The notes: a model not told the origin generated them from the letters alone. DNA of 62,600 bases, filler included, from Sanchytrium tribonematis (GCA_018985235.1; 21 parts of 21 records of this genome joined end to end with filler, not necessarily neighbours in it); one strand, 5' to 3'; positions 11,061 through 22,431 are shown, counted from the whole stretch's first letter. Numbers and translations are program-made.

Positions 11061-11709
11061 NNNNNNNNNNNNNNNNNNNNNNNNNNNNNNNNNNNNNNNN
11101 NNNNTTAATTAATTAANNNNNNNNNNNNNNNNNNNNNNNNNNNNNNNNNNNNNNNNNNNNGTTAAAGGTTATCAATTATAGGTAAATTAATTGGTTTATC
11201 CAGGAGTATGATAAAGCTTTTATCAGTTATATGCTGGAGGTCGACAAAAAGCTCGAAATCAATTGAAATTAGGAATTTTATGAAAATGCTTTTATTTACG
11301 TAAAAACTGAGATTGGCGAATTTGAATTTCCAAAGTAAGGCTATTTGTTTACACATGATAAGGTCAAAACAGATATTGACTAGGATTACGACATTGAGTA
11401 CACTCAACATTAATTGTCCTAATAAATTGATAAAATCTAGTATATTGCTTTGGTTGCGGTTGTTAGTCGTAAAGTTCAAGCATATCACCTTGCAAAGAGA
11501 TTGAAACTAAATGGAAAACAGAGATTGAATAAAATACTTTTTGAATTAAAAACAAAATAACGTTTCTAGTACCTTTAGCACATCAAGATATTGTCCTCGT
11601 CTATTTTCCTCAGAGCGTGTCTCATTTGGTACCAAATCCACATATGATTCGAACTTTTAATTCCTGTCCAATTTTTTGGAAAAACGAGATCGAGAACGGA
11701 TAAAACATA

Positions 11710-12081
11710 ATGACTGTAAGACTTAGGTTAGCCAGAGTAGGCGGTAGTGAACCTATTTATAGGATAGTGGCGGCTCATATTAAATCCCGCAGGGATGGCA
11801 AGCACCTTGAAAAATTGGGAACATACGACCCTGTGCCAACAGATGGAATTAAATGCGTTAATTTGAAAACCGAAAGAATTAAGTACTGGATCGGCAATGG
11901 AGCGCAGCCTTCAAAAACAGTCAGCCGATTGCTGAGTATGGCTGGAATTTTACCGGAATATCCCATCCAGCGAAAGATGAATAAAGAAGAATACGAGCAA
12001 CATCTTGAGGAAAAGAAAAAGAAAAAAGAATTTTTTGCAACTTTAGGAAAGAAAAACAAAGACAAGGAATTACCCAAATAA
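11710..12081 (+). CDS. MRPS16: Mitochondrial ribosomal protein bS16m
   Basis: VRLRLAR.G...P.YRIV......RRDGK.LE.LG.YDP...ERIKYWIG.GAQPS.TV. Confidence 0.95.
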   Translation: MTVRLRLARVGGSEPIYRIVAAHIKSRRDGKHLEKLGTYDPVPTDGIKCVNLKTERIKYWIGNGAQPSKTVSRLLSMAGILPEYPIQRKMNKEEYEQHLEEKKKKKEFFATLGKKNKDKELPK

Positions 12082-12083
12082 AT

Positions 12084-12644
12084 TTATTGAAGAATTGTAG
12101 TTGCCATAATCCCAAATATGAAGCATGTCAACACCGGAAGCTTGAAAGAAGAGTTTGCTTCACCAGTAGTGCCATTTGCAGCACAAGATTTGACTTCGGA
12201 CTTTTTCCAAGTTGAATTGCTGTCACTAATGTTGTTATCGGTTACACCACCAGCAACCAAAAGGGTGCTTAAGTATTTCTGGCATGGACTGCAAGTAAAA
12301 TCAGCCAGTTGGCCATTGGATATATCAGAATAAACATTATCGACACAAAATGCTGATTGCTCTTGATGACATTGCACTAGGAAATTCACCACTCTTGGAT
12401 TCGCCTTAATATCGCCATCTTTGCAATTATTTTGCAAATTTGTAGCATTTTGAGCGCAATTGGGACAGATTCTAACTTTGAAATCAGTATTGGTTGGCAT
12501 ATAAGAATTATTTGAATTTCTAATCCCGTTGACTCTCTCATTAACACACGCTATGTAACCCGTCAATGAGCCTTTGCAGGTATCTGATAAGCCTTGATAT
12601 ACTATTTCACTTTGGTTCAAGCTAGGTTGCGAATCTTGTGACAT
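12084..12644 (-). CDS. Cys-rich putative GPI-anchored surface protein (start uncertain)
   Basis: Multiple Cys, hydrophobic C-terminus; frame stays open upstream of the annotated ATG. Confidence 0.6.
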   Translation of the reverse strand: MSQDSQPSLNQSEIVYQGLSDTCKGSLTGYIACVNERVNGIRNSNNSYMPTNTDFKVRICPNCAQNATNLQNNCKDGDIKANPRVVNFLVQCHQEQSAFCVDNVYSDISNGQLADFTCSPCQKYLSTLLVAGGVTDNNISDSNSTWKKSEVKSCAANGTTGEANSSFKLPVLTCFIFGIMATTILQ

Positions 12645-12824
12645 GCCAGTGAGCGCATTTGATTCATTATAAGTTGAAGGGTTAGATCTAATTTCAGAGA
12701 AAACCTATGATGTCAAAATTAGAGGTGGTCATCCGCCAACTAACAATTCACTAGTCTTTGGAACAATACTCGAAATATCTTACTAATGCTCAAAAATCAA
12801 CAATCTCCTTTTTGAGGATCTGAC

Positions 12825-13574
12825 ATGGACGCTGTCATCTGGAATATTTTGCACAATGAATTTTGCTCCTTCAAAGTCAACTCATTAACACAACAATTTT
12901 GTCAAAACAAATATAATTTAACAGGTTTATGTAACAGAAATAGTTGTCCATTAGCAAATTCGCGATATGCCACTATTCGTGAAGTAAATGGTAAAGTATA
13001 CTTGTATATGAAAACAGTTGAAAGAATGCATTTGCCTTCTCAGCTCTGGCAGCGAATTAAATTAAGCGAACAATTGTCTTCTGCTTGTAAAGAAATAGAC
13101 AAGAGACTAGAATTTTGGCCTGATTTTGTAAAGCAGAAATGCAAACACAGATTGGTTCGCATAAGACAATACTTAGGACGAGTTCGCAAGATGGAGAAAA
13201 GAAAAGAGATGTATATTGTAGAATCTAAAAAGACTAAGAGGAGAGAATCAAATCGAGAAGCTAAGGCTCTAGTAGCCGCGAAACTTGAGAATACAATTGA
13301 AAAAGAACTCATGGAAAGACTTCAAAGTGGTGTTTATAATGATGTAATTCTTAATTCAAACGAAAAGATATGGCAAAGGGTTTTGGAGCAACAACAAGAA
13401 CCTGAGGTAGAGGAAGTGGAGGAAGAGCTAGAGGAGTTTGAGATGGTCGAGACTGATTTTGAAGCCAGTGATGACGACATGGAAGATGATCCTTTCGCCG
13501 CACCAAAATCTATCAAAAAGACCAGGGAAATTGAGTTGGAATTTGAAGATACCACTGAAGAGTTGGTACAGTAA
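12825..13574 (+). CDS. MAK16: Ribosome biogenesis protein Mak16
   Basis: IW..L...FCSFK...FC.N.YNLTGLCNR.SCPLANSRYAT; acidic tail. Confidence 0.97.
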   Translation: MDAVIWNILHNEFCSFKVNSLTQQFCQNKYNLTGLCNRNSCPLANSRYATIREVNGKVYLYMKTVERMHLPSQLWQRIKLSEQLSSACKEIDKRLEFWPDFVKQKCKHRLVRIRQYLGRVRKMEKRKEMYIVESKKTKRRESNREAKALVAAKLENTIEKELMERLQSGVYNDVILNSNEKIWQRVLEQQQEPEVEEVEEELEEFEMVETDFEASDDDMEDDPFAAPKSIKKTREIELEFEDTTEELVQ

Positions 13575-13584
13575 ATTTTATTAA

Positions 13585-14468
13585 TTACCAAACCATTTGC
13601 CATTTTAATCCTGGGTAGCCACCATTTTTAATTTGGAAAGTGTGAACAATTCTTATAAAAACGTAGATCATTAAACTGAGGCAGCCATAAAAAACAGCCC
13701 GTTGAGCTGTTGGGTCCTTGATTTTGAATGCCAAAAAAGTCATTCCGCCAATTCCAAATGAAAATCCAAAATCTACATTAAAAAATTGCTACAAAGTGAA
13801 GACATTAGTTTTGCTTCATATCCAAATTGACCCTGGAATCCAGGTTGAACTAACTGATTAGTACCATCTTCATTTCTACCATGTTCTGGCATATGTCTCA
13901 TTTGCACAAACATTTGTCCCGTTGTAAATAATAAAACAGCACCCACAGTTAGTGCAAGCCAAAGTCTCCTATTTCCCAGCAACTTGCTTATCAAAGGCCA
14001 TAACAGCGCTCCTCCAAGCATAATTCCAAATCCAGTAGCAATTCCAAGCATAATCTTGTCTCTAGAAAGTGTTTTCGAGTAGGAAAATTCAAAGTTGCCA
14101 TATCGACTGATAAATTTGACCAGCTTCTCTTCATCGAAGTGATCCATACTAAATGTGTAAAAGTGAGCATCGCCAAGTCGGTCTACCTTCTGTCTATTAA
14201 ATAAATATATTTGAGGTGCGGATTTAATTTTCAAACGACTGCCAAATGCAGGTACATCTGATAAATCTATTTTACCATAAAACATATGATCAGCTTGCCC
14301 AGTCAAATGCTCCGAAATCTGGGTATAAATTGGCTCGGCTCTTTTACAAAATTGACAATCCTTTACAGTAACGAATAATAGGACATCTTTCTTTTTCATC
14401 GCAGAAACAAGACTATCCACAGTATTGAATGTGTAAACAGAAGCAAATAATAGGGTCTGCAACAACAT
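13585..14468 (-). CDS. OST3: Oligosaccharyltransferase subunit Ost3/Ost6; 20-nt intron at 13773-13792
   Basis: Signal peptide, CQFC thioredoxin motif, TM helices, FQGQFGYE; the spliced tail ends F.IKNGGYP. Confidence 0.9.
13773..13792 (-). other. 20-nt intron GTAGCAATTTTTTAATGTAG
   Basis: Removal restores the last two TM helices and KNGGYP. Confidence 0.9.
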
Positions 14469-14918
14469 TTAATGTTTGAAAAATTATTACAGCACAAATT
14501 TCAATTCCAAGTTAAAAGCTCTTGAGAAGGCTTTATTTCAAAACTTACAGCGGGTCTAAAATAATTCTTGAATGATTCCGCAATTTAGAACTCGAATTAG
14601 TCTAAACTTATTTAGAAACAAAATGATCTATGCGCACATCTAGTGGCGTTCGCCTTAAGCACATTGGGTTGCTGTGTCTATTTGTTTTAAGTTTATCCAA
14701 TAATGGGCTGACGATATTGCGCAATTAGGACATAGGCCTATTGTTTTCAAGGATAATGACGCCATAATTTTGAACGAATTGATTAGAATTGATTGTCCTA
14801 CAATGGCGTCATCTTTGATCAAGTTCATTGGTTATCATTAGTCAGGTGAATATTAGCGGAGAAATTAAGGGGCTACCGGATAGTTTAAAAGGTGTACATG
14901 CTTCTGCAGATCAAGTAG

Positions 14919-15228
14919 ATGGATTCTTGTGACAAACTTGACTGTCAAGGTTGTTTCTGTCCCGAAAGTTTTGAAACTATTATTTTCACCGCTGTGGTAG
15001 AAAATGATGAAAAATCTAGAAATCGACGAAGAAGAAAGCTGAGCAGAGAGGTAGAAAGGTATTTCCATTGTGACTATCCACAATGCACCAAATCTTATGT
15101 TATTCGTTATTAATTTAGGCACAGTTAGTCATTTGAATACTCATAGGCGAAAAAAGAGACATGGTGGACCCTTATTAAAGCGTGATTTAGAAATAAGCGT
15201 AGAAAATCTGGTTCGAATTCTAAGATAA
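14919..15228 (+). CDS. C2H2 zinc-finger protein needing removal of 19 nt at about 15100-15118
   Basis: VERYFHCDYPQCTKSY|GTVSHLNTHRRKKRHG. Confidence 0.75.
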
Positions 15229-15435
15229 GCAACAATAAATCAAAATCAAAGCCATGATAAAAATTTTAATAGTGGCAACCACTTTCTTTATGTGAAAAAT
15301 TGACTAATTTTGCTTCAAATTACAGATCGACACCACTTTGTACTCTCCCTGACGCCATCCATAAAACCGGAATCAGTGTAATTGACCTTATATATCCTAC
15401 TTTATTAATGAAAATGATTATGAAATTCGATGGCT

Positions 15436-15699
15436 TTACTCAATATCGTTTAGCAGTGTACTTCTGTTTGAAGCATGACCTGACATCCTTTGATGACATA
15501 AAAGGTGAGATCTGGTAATGAAAGATCTACCGCAAGTACATACGTATGTATTCAATTCGTTCACTGGCTTTAGCAAACTCCCTTTCACTTGTTTGCCACT
15601 TTTATCAATGTAAAAACAAGAACATGCTGCAACTTGAGTCCTACAGATCAGGCAATACATATGCAATTCAGTTTGTCTCTCCTTCGTAATGGTTGTCAT
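15436..15699 (-). CDS. Small Cys-rich (Zn-binding) protein
   Basis: CLIC, CSC, CTCG...HLLCH; CACGTG upstream. Confidence 0.5.
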   Translation of the reverse strand: MTTITKERQTELHMYCLICRTQVAACSCFYIDKSGKQVKGSLLKPVNELNTYVCTCGRSFITRSHLLCHQRMSGHASNRSTLLNDIE

Positions 15700-15827
15700 G
15701 AATAATCATTCGTGGATGACGAGATTTCCAATCATTTTTTGAGATCGGATACACGTGACGTTATTGCGTCATTATATGTATAAAGCAGCATGAACAATAA
15801 GTCCAACATTCCGATTAAAAGATAAAT

Positions 15828-16268
15828 TTATTTTTTATACAATATTTTATAGTCATCTTTCAAAACTTTACCCATGCTCGTCACTACTTTATCTTTTGCC
15901 CAGATGTCTTTATAATAATGAATACGCTCAACCGGATCATTAATAAAACTTCTATATTGCGATAGTGGATGTGGTTTGCGAGTCGTGGGTTTTGATGCAA
16001 TCGTACTTGGTTTTGGTTCTTGGTGTGTTTGTATATGTACTGCTTGTCTCGTTAATTGATAATCTATCATCAAGAATGGTGGAACTTCTTCTATGTATTT
16101 CAATAATTCTTCCTTTCGTCCATCTTCGTCTTCTTTTAATAATTCAACTCTTGAATCAACAGAAATATCCTTGACCAACTCACTCATCATAGTGTCATTA
16201 AATTCTACTCCCAATTCATCCAAGATAGATGCCACTCGCGAGGAAATTGATAAATTCATCATGGACAT
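15828..16268 (-). CDS. Possible HYLS1-like centriolar protein
   Basis: C-terminal NDPVERIHYYKDIW resembles the HYLS1 DPV.RY..Y...W motif. Confidence 0.45.
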   Translation of the reverse strand: MSMMNLSISSRVASILDELGVEFNDTMMSELVKDISVDSRVELLKEDEDGRKEELLKYIEEVPPFLMIDYQLTRQAVHIQTHQEPKPSTIASKPTTRKPHPLSQYRSFINDPVERIHYYKDIWAKDKVVTSMGKVLKDDYKILYKK

Positions 16269-17453
16269 GAAGAAAAATTTAAAAAATGGATAATTAGAGT
16301 TTCAAAAAAATTTATTTTTGACTCACAATAAAATAGTCGCGATTTGTCTTCGTCGTTTCTCACCTCGGCTTTTATTTTTCTTTTGAATTTTAAGTGGAAT
16401 CACTAAACGGGATATTGGGCAAGTGAAAGGCTTATTTGGATGGCGCGAAGTGAAATCAACTTCATACGACTGCATGCATTCTTTGTGAATTGGATGGTGA
16501 TAAATGCATCCGCAATCTACTATATTGGCTGTCTCAAATTTTCCAAGACAAATCGGGCAATGTGCTTCAAAAATTGGATTAGTGCATTTGATAAATCGTA
16601 AATTTGAATATTAATTTAAATTTGGCAATCTAAGTTTTATATTGGCCAAGCGGATTCTATTCGAGTTTTCAAATAAAAGATTTGTGATTTCTTCAGAAGA
16701 CCGACCCGCCAGCATTTCGTTGAAGTTATTTTTCAGGTTTAGGTGTAAAGAGATTAGATACAATTCCGAATATTTTAGGTAGCATTTTTGGAGATTTTTG
16801 ATACTCTCAACCCACTTTCTAACCTCATTTGAATGAGAGATATTTTCAAGTTTTTCTATCTCCGACGCTGACAAAGCTGGGGCGATTCTCTCATTAAATA
16901 AGAAGGATTTAGTCAAAGTTAAAGAAGCATCACCGACTTGATTTAGTATAGTTTCGATAGAATCGAAGGATGTAATACCTTTCAAAAGCATACATCCTTG
17001 CGCCAAGGACGACGCCTTGAAAATTCGCATTAATAAATCGGCTTGACTTTCAAATATGAAACTCTTGTAAATCGCATGAATTATGATTTTCTAAAAATAA
17101 TCCTTGAAGTCTTTAAATTCGTTTAAAAATATGGTATCCTCCAGTTGCTCGCTTAATGCAATGCTTAAAAGCATTGCAAACTTGAAACCGATTGTGTATG
17201 ATTCAGACCTTAATATGGCCTCATTGATCCAATTGATGTTTTTAGCTTTCATTTCTTTGGTAAATAAGTTCAAAATCTGTTCCCCGGTAGATCCAGAAAG
17301 CAAATCAAATTGTAGATATCTGGAAAGACTTCTTATCAGCTTACATATATCTTTTGTTTTTAAATATTCCAAAATGTCAGGGTAACGTCGGTCGAGGTTT
17401 TTGCTTATGAGTTCTACTTGCAGTAATAATGATACTAACCCAATTTCCGACAC
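16259..17453 (-). pseudogene. RING-finger gene with two in-frame stops
   Basis: One frame broken by TAG at 17091-17093 and TAA at 16611-16613, continuing into CPICL...CGCIYHHPIHKEC...TCPI. Confidence 0.6.
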
Positions 17454-17563
17454 CTTTCAGATCCTTGATATATGATTCAAGTATTTCCGAATTCAGAAAG
17501 ATTGCAGTTGTAATAAAAACTTAATACTATTAAACCCTGTTTCAATTCCAAAACAGATTCAAA

Positions 17564-18224
17564 ATGACGATGAATATTTTCCGTTTAACTGGTGATTTAA
17601 TGCACTTGGCGTCTATAGTAATTTTAATATTGAAAATTCGAAAGACGAAAAGTGCCTCTGGCATAAGTTGGAAAACGCAATTATTATATTTGGTGGTATT
17701 TTTATCCAGATATCTAGATTTATTTGCTGGACATTTTATAAGTCTATACTTGGTTGTCATGAAGCTATTATATATTGGAACAAGCGCATACATATTATTT
17801 CTGATGAAGCAATTGCATTTCACTTGGGACGCTGGTAAAGACCGCTTTCCAGTTCAGTATTTACTGATTGGTAGTGCTATATGTGCTATTTTATTTCACG
17901 AAGAATTTTCAGTTTTGGAAATGTTCTGGTCTTTTTCAATTTGGCTGGAAAGTGTTGCAATTTTACCTCAACTCTACGTGGTTCAAATGACTGGAGAGTG
18001 TGAGACTATAACCAGCCATTATCTATTTGCACTCGGTGCATACAGAGCATTGTATATACCAAATTGGATTTACAAATGGGCAATGGGTGAACATGTCCAT
18101 TGGATCAGTGTTCTAGCTGGTGTTATTCAGACTGCTTTGTATAGTGACTTTTTCTGGATTTATTACCAAAAGTAATATTATTTAATGTAGGGTGATCAAA
18201 CGCAAGCTAAAATTGCCAGTATAA
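17564..18224 (+). CDS. ERD2: ER lumen protein-retaining (KDEL/HDEL) receptor; 19-nt intron at 18172-18190
   Basis: MNIFRL.GDL.HL...WLESVAILPQL; the spliced end is YYQKVIKRKLKLPV*. Confidence 0.97.
18172..18190 (+). other. 19-nt intron GTAATATTATTTAATGTAG
   Basis: Restores the conserved KV....KL.LP C-terminus. Confidence 0.93.
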
Positions 18225-18275
18225 TGTTTTATAAATAAAAATTTGCAATTATTATACAAATTAAGATTAGTTTAT

Positions 18276-18506
18276 TTAATTGGATATATCATAGAACTTC
18301 AAATTGGGAAATTGCTGCTCTAAGGATAATGTTTTGGTAGGACTCACATCAATCTTAATCTCTACAAATTCGGCGTCTAGAAGATCCATCTTTTTGACAA
18401 TTGGATTAGTTTCCTCTAATTTCAATTTACAGTGTAATTTATAATTAATTATAAGAACTGCTATTAACATTAAAGTGAGTATCCCACAAACGACAATGGT
18501 GAACAT
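18276..18506 (-). CDS. Small single-TM hypothetical protein
   Basis: N-terminal hydrophobic helix; start uncertain. Confidence 0.4.
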   Translation of the reverse strand: MFTIVVCGILTLMLIAVLIINYKLHCKLKLEETNPIVKKMDLLDAEFVEIKIDVSPTKTLSLEQQFPNLKFYDISN

Positions 18507-18797
18507 TGGTGTGTCAGTAGGAGTAGCGAAATTGAATTTAATATCCCTCTTTGATCATGTGCCACTCGAGTGATCACAAGACAGGAGTTCATTTTGCCGG
18601 TTATGGCTGATTATTTGCCAAAAGATTGGCTTCGGCCACACACGCCCATTGCAATATTACTGCCGTAAAATTTTGGCTAACCAAAATATTTTTGAGGCTT
18701 GTGATACTCAAAACAAAATTTTTAAAAAAACAGTACTCAATTCAAAATAGGAAAGTAATACTTGATCTAAGGATAAATCCATCAAGATTCGCTGAAC

Positions 18798-19760
18798 ATG
18801 GCGATTATTTATAGCAAAACAAATTTACTGGACTCCGATGGGTTGAAACAACTTTACATGTCTTCACCCATGGATTTAGATGTGGAAGAGCTCTCATTTA
18901 CGCAAACTGGAAATAAATCACATGTTACTTTGGACAATTCACTAGAATTAGATTTAAATAGCATTAGAATAGATGAACCATCAACATTGAAATCGAATCA
19001 GAATCAATCAATACTCTCCGATTTATCACCGATGAGGTCAGATATACTTACACATGTCCAGTCAAATGAAATTGATCTATCTGCTCCTAATAACGCACTT
19101 TCGATTGCAAACAGAAAGGCTATACAGCCTCTGAAAACAACTTCAAAATACAACCAATTAATAATAGACAAAGACAACGAAAAAGTTTTGGAAAGAATCA
19201 AAGAGACTCAGGTCACTAAAATAGATGAAAAACTAGATACTCCAGAAGTAAAACCCATATCGATTCAGCAAGACAACAAAATTCAAATTACCATTGATCC
19301 TGATTTAATTATGAAGTACCTTTCAGTTATTTCAAAAGCCTTTTTAACTGTCATATGTATATTTATTTCAATTGCACTTCTCACTACTTTTTATTACGAA
19401 GTTAATGATGAACTAAAAATGCAGCAAATTGAAAGACAAGCTGAAATACAACACTGCTATAATGAATATCAAGAAAATTATTGCGATACTTTGAGAGCTC
19501 CTAAATTACAAGATCATTGTAAAGATTGGGAAAAGTGTATGAGACAGGACCCTTTTAAATATAATACGATGATAGTCATCACAAAAGTAATGGCCAAGTG
19601 CGTGGAGCATTTTGTGGAAGTTCTTAGTATTAAGACGCTGCTATTTATTATTGCAATTTTGATCATTGTTGCCTACATGAAAAAACAGCCAACTTTGATT
19701 TTGAATCATCAACCAATCTACAGAGAACATCGCGATACCAATAAATTGAAATTGACTTGA
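18798..19760 (+). CDS. BRL1: Brl1/Brr6 nuclear envelope protein
   Basis: TM - EI..C...Y..N.C....P.L...C..WEKCM..DP - TM. Confidence 0.9.
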   Translation: MAIIYSKTNLLDSDGLKQLYMSSPMDLDVEELSFTQTGNKSHVTLDNSLELDLNSIRIDEPSTLKSNQNQSILSDLSPMRSDILTHVQSNEIDLSAPNNALSIANRKAIQPLKTTSKYNQLIIDKDNEKVLERIKETQVTKIDEKLDTPEVKPISIQQDNKIQITIDPDLIMKYLSVISKAFLTVICIFISIALLTTFYYEVNDELKMQQIERQAEIQHCYNEYQENYCDTLRAPKLQDHCKDWEKCMRQDPFKYNTMIVITKVMAKCVEHFVEVLSIKTLLFIIAILIIVAYMKKQPTLILNHQPIYREHRDTNKLKLT

Positions 19761-19775
19761 TGTACAATATAATAT

Positions 19776-20393
19776 TTATTGTTTTAACAATAACAAGATA
19801 TGCGGGAGCAATTGATCATGATATTCTCTCAAGGATTCTAAACTCATTTGGGATGCGCCACCTACGTAACCTCTGCAATGGTCTGAACCACATCTACAAT
19901 TGAATTTCTCAGCCATATCCCATTCAGTGGTAAAATAAGCAAAATTAATTTCATCGCCAACAGAAATGTCTTTCACTGCAATGACGTCCGTTTTTATAAT
20001 ACTTCCATTTGGCAATTCGTCTACATGTTTGGTAAGGACTTCAATTTTAACCGTAGGGTCACAATGATGGTTAAAATAACTACTAAAGTCCTCAATGGCG
20101 TGAGTATTCAATCCTAATTGAAGCGTTTGGTAAGTCTTATTTTCGCATTTTATAAAATCTAATTTCATTAAAACTTGTCCTTTTTCAAAATTGTTTTCAG
20201 ATACGGTTTTAGCATACTTACCACCTTCAATTTCTCGTCCTTTGACGCACATAATGCCTGGCGCTCTAATTTCACTATTTCTCAAAATATCACCAATTGA
20301 TGCGTTATCATCATCATTATTCTTTTGCCAGGTATAATAGACACCTCCCAGAACCACTGCTACTAAACCTGTTATCTCTTTTAATCTCAGCAT
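19776..20393 (-). CDS. SET plus post-SET domain protein with N-terminal hydrophobic helix
   Basis: YFNHHCDP, IAVKDI.VGDEI.F.Y, F.CRCGS..CRG. Confidence 0.9.
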   Translation of the reverse strand: MLRLKEITGLVAVVLGGVYYTWQKNNDDDNASIGDILRNSEIRAPGIMCVKGREIEGGKYAKTVSENNFEKGQVLMKLDFIKCENKTYQTLQLGLNTHAIEDFSSYFNHHCDPTVKIEVLTKHVDELPNGSIIKTDVIAVKDISVGDEINFAYFTTEWDMAEKFNCRCGSDHCRGYVGGASQMSLESLREYHDQLLPHILLLLKQ

Positions 20394-20561
20394 GAAATTG
20401 ATTGGAAACGATGTTTTGAGATTTCTATTTTAATGCTCGAAACTGAGTTGCAATGTGGCGTAGCTATCTGGCTGATTCGCCTTGATTATATTATAAACCA
20501 ATGGACTCATAGACTTTATGCAAGTGTAATTTGGTCTGCCTCCGTCAAACAATATTAACAA

Positions 20562-20882
20562 ATGCCTTGTCTACAACTACGTTTAGCAACTCTTCCAAAC
20601 AAACAACAATTATCAAAATTAGCTTCTGAGGTCTGTAACATATTGAATAAACCCGCTGCAGCTATGCTGATGGACGTGCAGCAAAGTAATGTCACCATGG
20701 GAACTGAAAATGGTGCTGTCTGTCACTTGTATAGCGCTGCGTTGACAAAAGATAATCAGCCATTACTCTCCAGATGCATAGGTGAAAATTTAAAGTCATT
20801 GGACATTGAACCTACAAATCATTATATATTTTTTCACAAGATGGAAAGCAGCAATATTGGCTGGAACTTGATCCTCAAATAA
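20562..20882 (+). CDS. MIF/tautomerase family protein
   Basis: Pro after the initiator Met, LNKP, YIFF.......IGWN. Confidence 0.8.
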   Translation: MPCLQLRLATLPNKQQLSKLASEVCNILNKPAAAMLMDVQQSNVTMGTENGAVCHLYSAALTKDNQPLLSRCIGENLKSLDIEPTNHYIFFHKMESSNIGWNLILK

Positions 20883-20952
20883 ATTTATATTTGAAATTCA
20901 AATTAGCTTACTAAGTCATCTTTGATCATAGTGGGAAATCAAAACTGAGGAG

Positions 20953-21210
20953 ATGCTTTGTCGAATCTTTCAAAATAAAAAATTAGCTGCCGGGACAATT
21001 CTAGACGGATTGAAGATATTCAAAAATGAACCTGCTCCACAAATACTAGAAGAATACCCAGAATGGGTTAAAGATTTGACTAAACCAAAATTAGCTGTAG
21101 CTAATGTTCAAGAAGCATTCGACCAAACTAGTGACCCATCTGCTCAACGACAGGTTATTCGAAAATGGAGGAAGCAGGTAATACGAAAGCAAAATCTCTC
21201 CAGTAAATAA
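20953..21210 (+). CDS. MRPL37: Mitochondrial ribosomal protein mL54
   Basis: GT.L.GL.IFK....P....EYPEW..DL; R...I...N. Confidence 0.8.
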   Translation: MLCRIFQNKKLAAGTILDGLKIFKNEPAPQILEEYPEWVKDLTKPKLAVANVQEAFDQTSDPSAQRQVIRKWRKQVIRKQNLSSK

Positions 21211-21496
21211 TAATTTGATTATAATCCAATTCTACTTTTCTCCGTAAAGTGTCCGATCCAGCCAAACGCTTTTGCGCCCACATTTCATAATTTATTAAAA
21301 AAATAAACTTTAATCTTGTCTAGCTGTCGCCTTAATCGAGATGATTATGAGATAGATAAATCGGATCGATTCAGACGACTTTAGAGATCGGTCCTTATAA
21401 TAATTACGATATATATAGGGACCATAAGTGAATTTTAACAATCACGTGATCATCAAGCTCTATTAAAAGGACTACACGTATGAGAGAGCCTCATAC

Positions 21497-22303
21497 ATGA
21501 TGGAGCGAAGAAAGAGTCATCGAATACACGCTGATGCACTTAATGATTTGGAAAGCGTCTTTAGAATCACCCAATACCCGAGTAATGAGCAATTATTAGA
21601 ATTAGCAGATAGACATCAGCTGCATGTCGAAAAAATACGCAATTGGTTTAATAATAGAAAAGCGAAAGAAAAAAGAATAAATGATCAGGAATTTGCTGAG
21701 AAAATCAGGCGGATGCCTATCCAAAAAGAAATGTTTGAAACCTCATTAAAATTACAAGGCGGTGGGAAGGTAAATTTATTGGCTCCTGAAAAAATGGACT
21801 GGGAAGTCTTTATGGCCATGCGGAATAGAATTTTTGAGCTTCAAAAGTTGCTCGCTGATGCAACGCAAAATCAGCAATTTCTGGAAGTAAGAAATGGGAT
21901 ACCAAAATCAATTGCTCGTAGCATCCATGAAGAATTATGTAGATCCGTAAGCAATATAACTGACTATCAAATGAATAGAAGTGTAAATATATCCTTAAAC
22001 GCTGATTTTATAGGATTAATACAATTATTTTATGATATTGAGGAAGTTCGAACTTTAAATGATGCAACCCAAGATATTCACTTTGTGTTGGAAAAAGAAA
22101 GACTGGAAGAGTCGAATGTCTTTAAAACACTTAAAGGTATCGGGCGTGTTGTCGCTTACATTAAACTAGAATCTTTAGGATTCGGGAAACAAATTGATGA
22201 AACTAGAATGGATGCGGAAATGGATTCAATTAAGATGAGTTATGACAACAATATGAAAGTCGCATATTTGCATATTCAGCTAAGCTTGAAACCTTTGGTT
22301 TAA
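21497..22303 (+). CDS. Homeobox protein
   Basis: LE.VF....YPS...LA.......IRNWFNNRKAKEKR. Confidence 0.9.
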   Translation: MMERRKSHRIHADALNDLESVFRITQYPSNEQLLELADRHQLHVEKIRNWFNNRKAKEKRINDQEFAEKIRRMPIQKEMFETSLKLQGGGKVNLLAPEKMDWEVFMAMRNRIFELQKLLADATQNQQFLEVRNGIPKSIARSIHEELCRSVSNITDYQMNRSVNISLNADFIGLIQLFYDIEEVRTLNDATQDIHFVLEKERLEESNVFKTLKGIGRVVAYIKLESLGFGKQIDETRMDAEMDSIKMSYDNNMKVAYLHIQLSLKPLV

Positions 22304-22431
22304 TAAATCAAATAATTTAAGGAATATTTTTATGACAAACTTTCAATGCTGTTTAATACAGCGTACAATCATGCCATATCATAATTTTGTCTGGAGAAAT
22401 TGAAATATAACATGAAATATAAAATTATTAA

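Noticed and set aside
17435..17453. 19-nt GT-AG candidate (GTGTCGGAAATTGGGTTAG) at the RING pseudogene 5' end
   Set aside because: G-rich, lacks the GTA start and branch motif, and the upstream frame has no ATG; not counted
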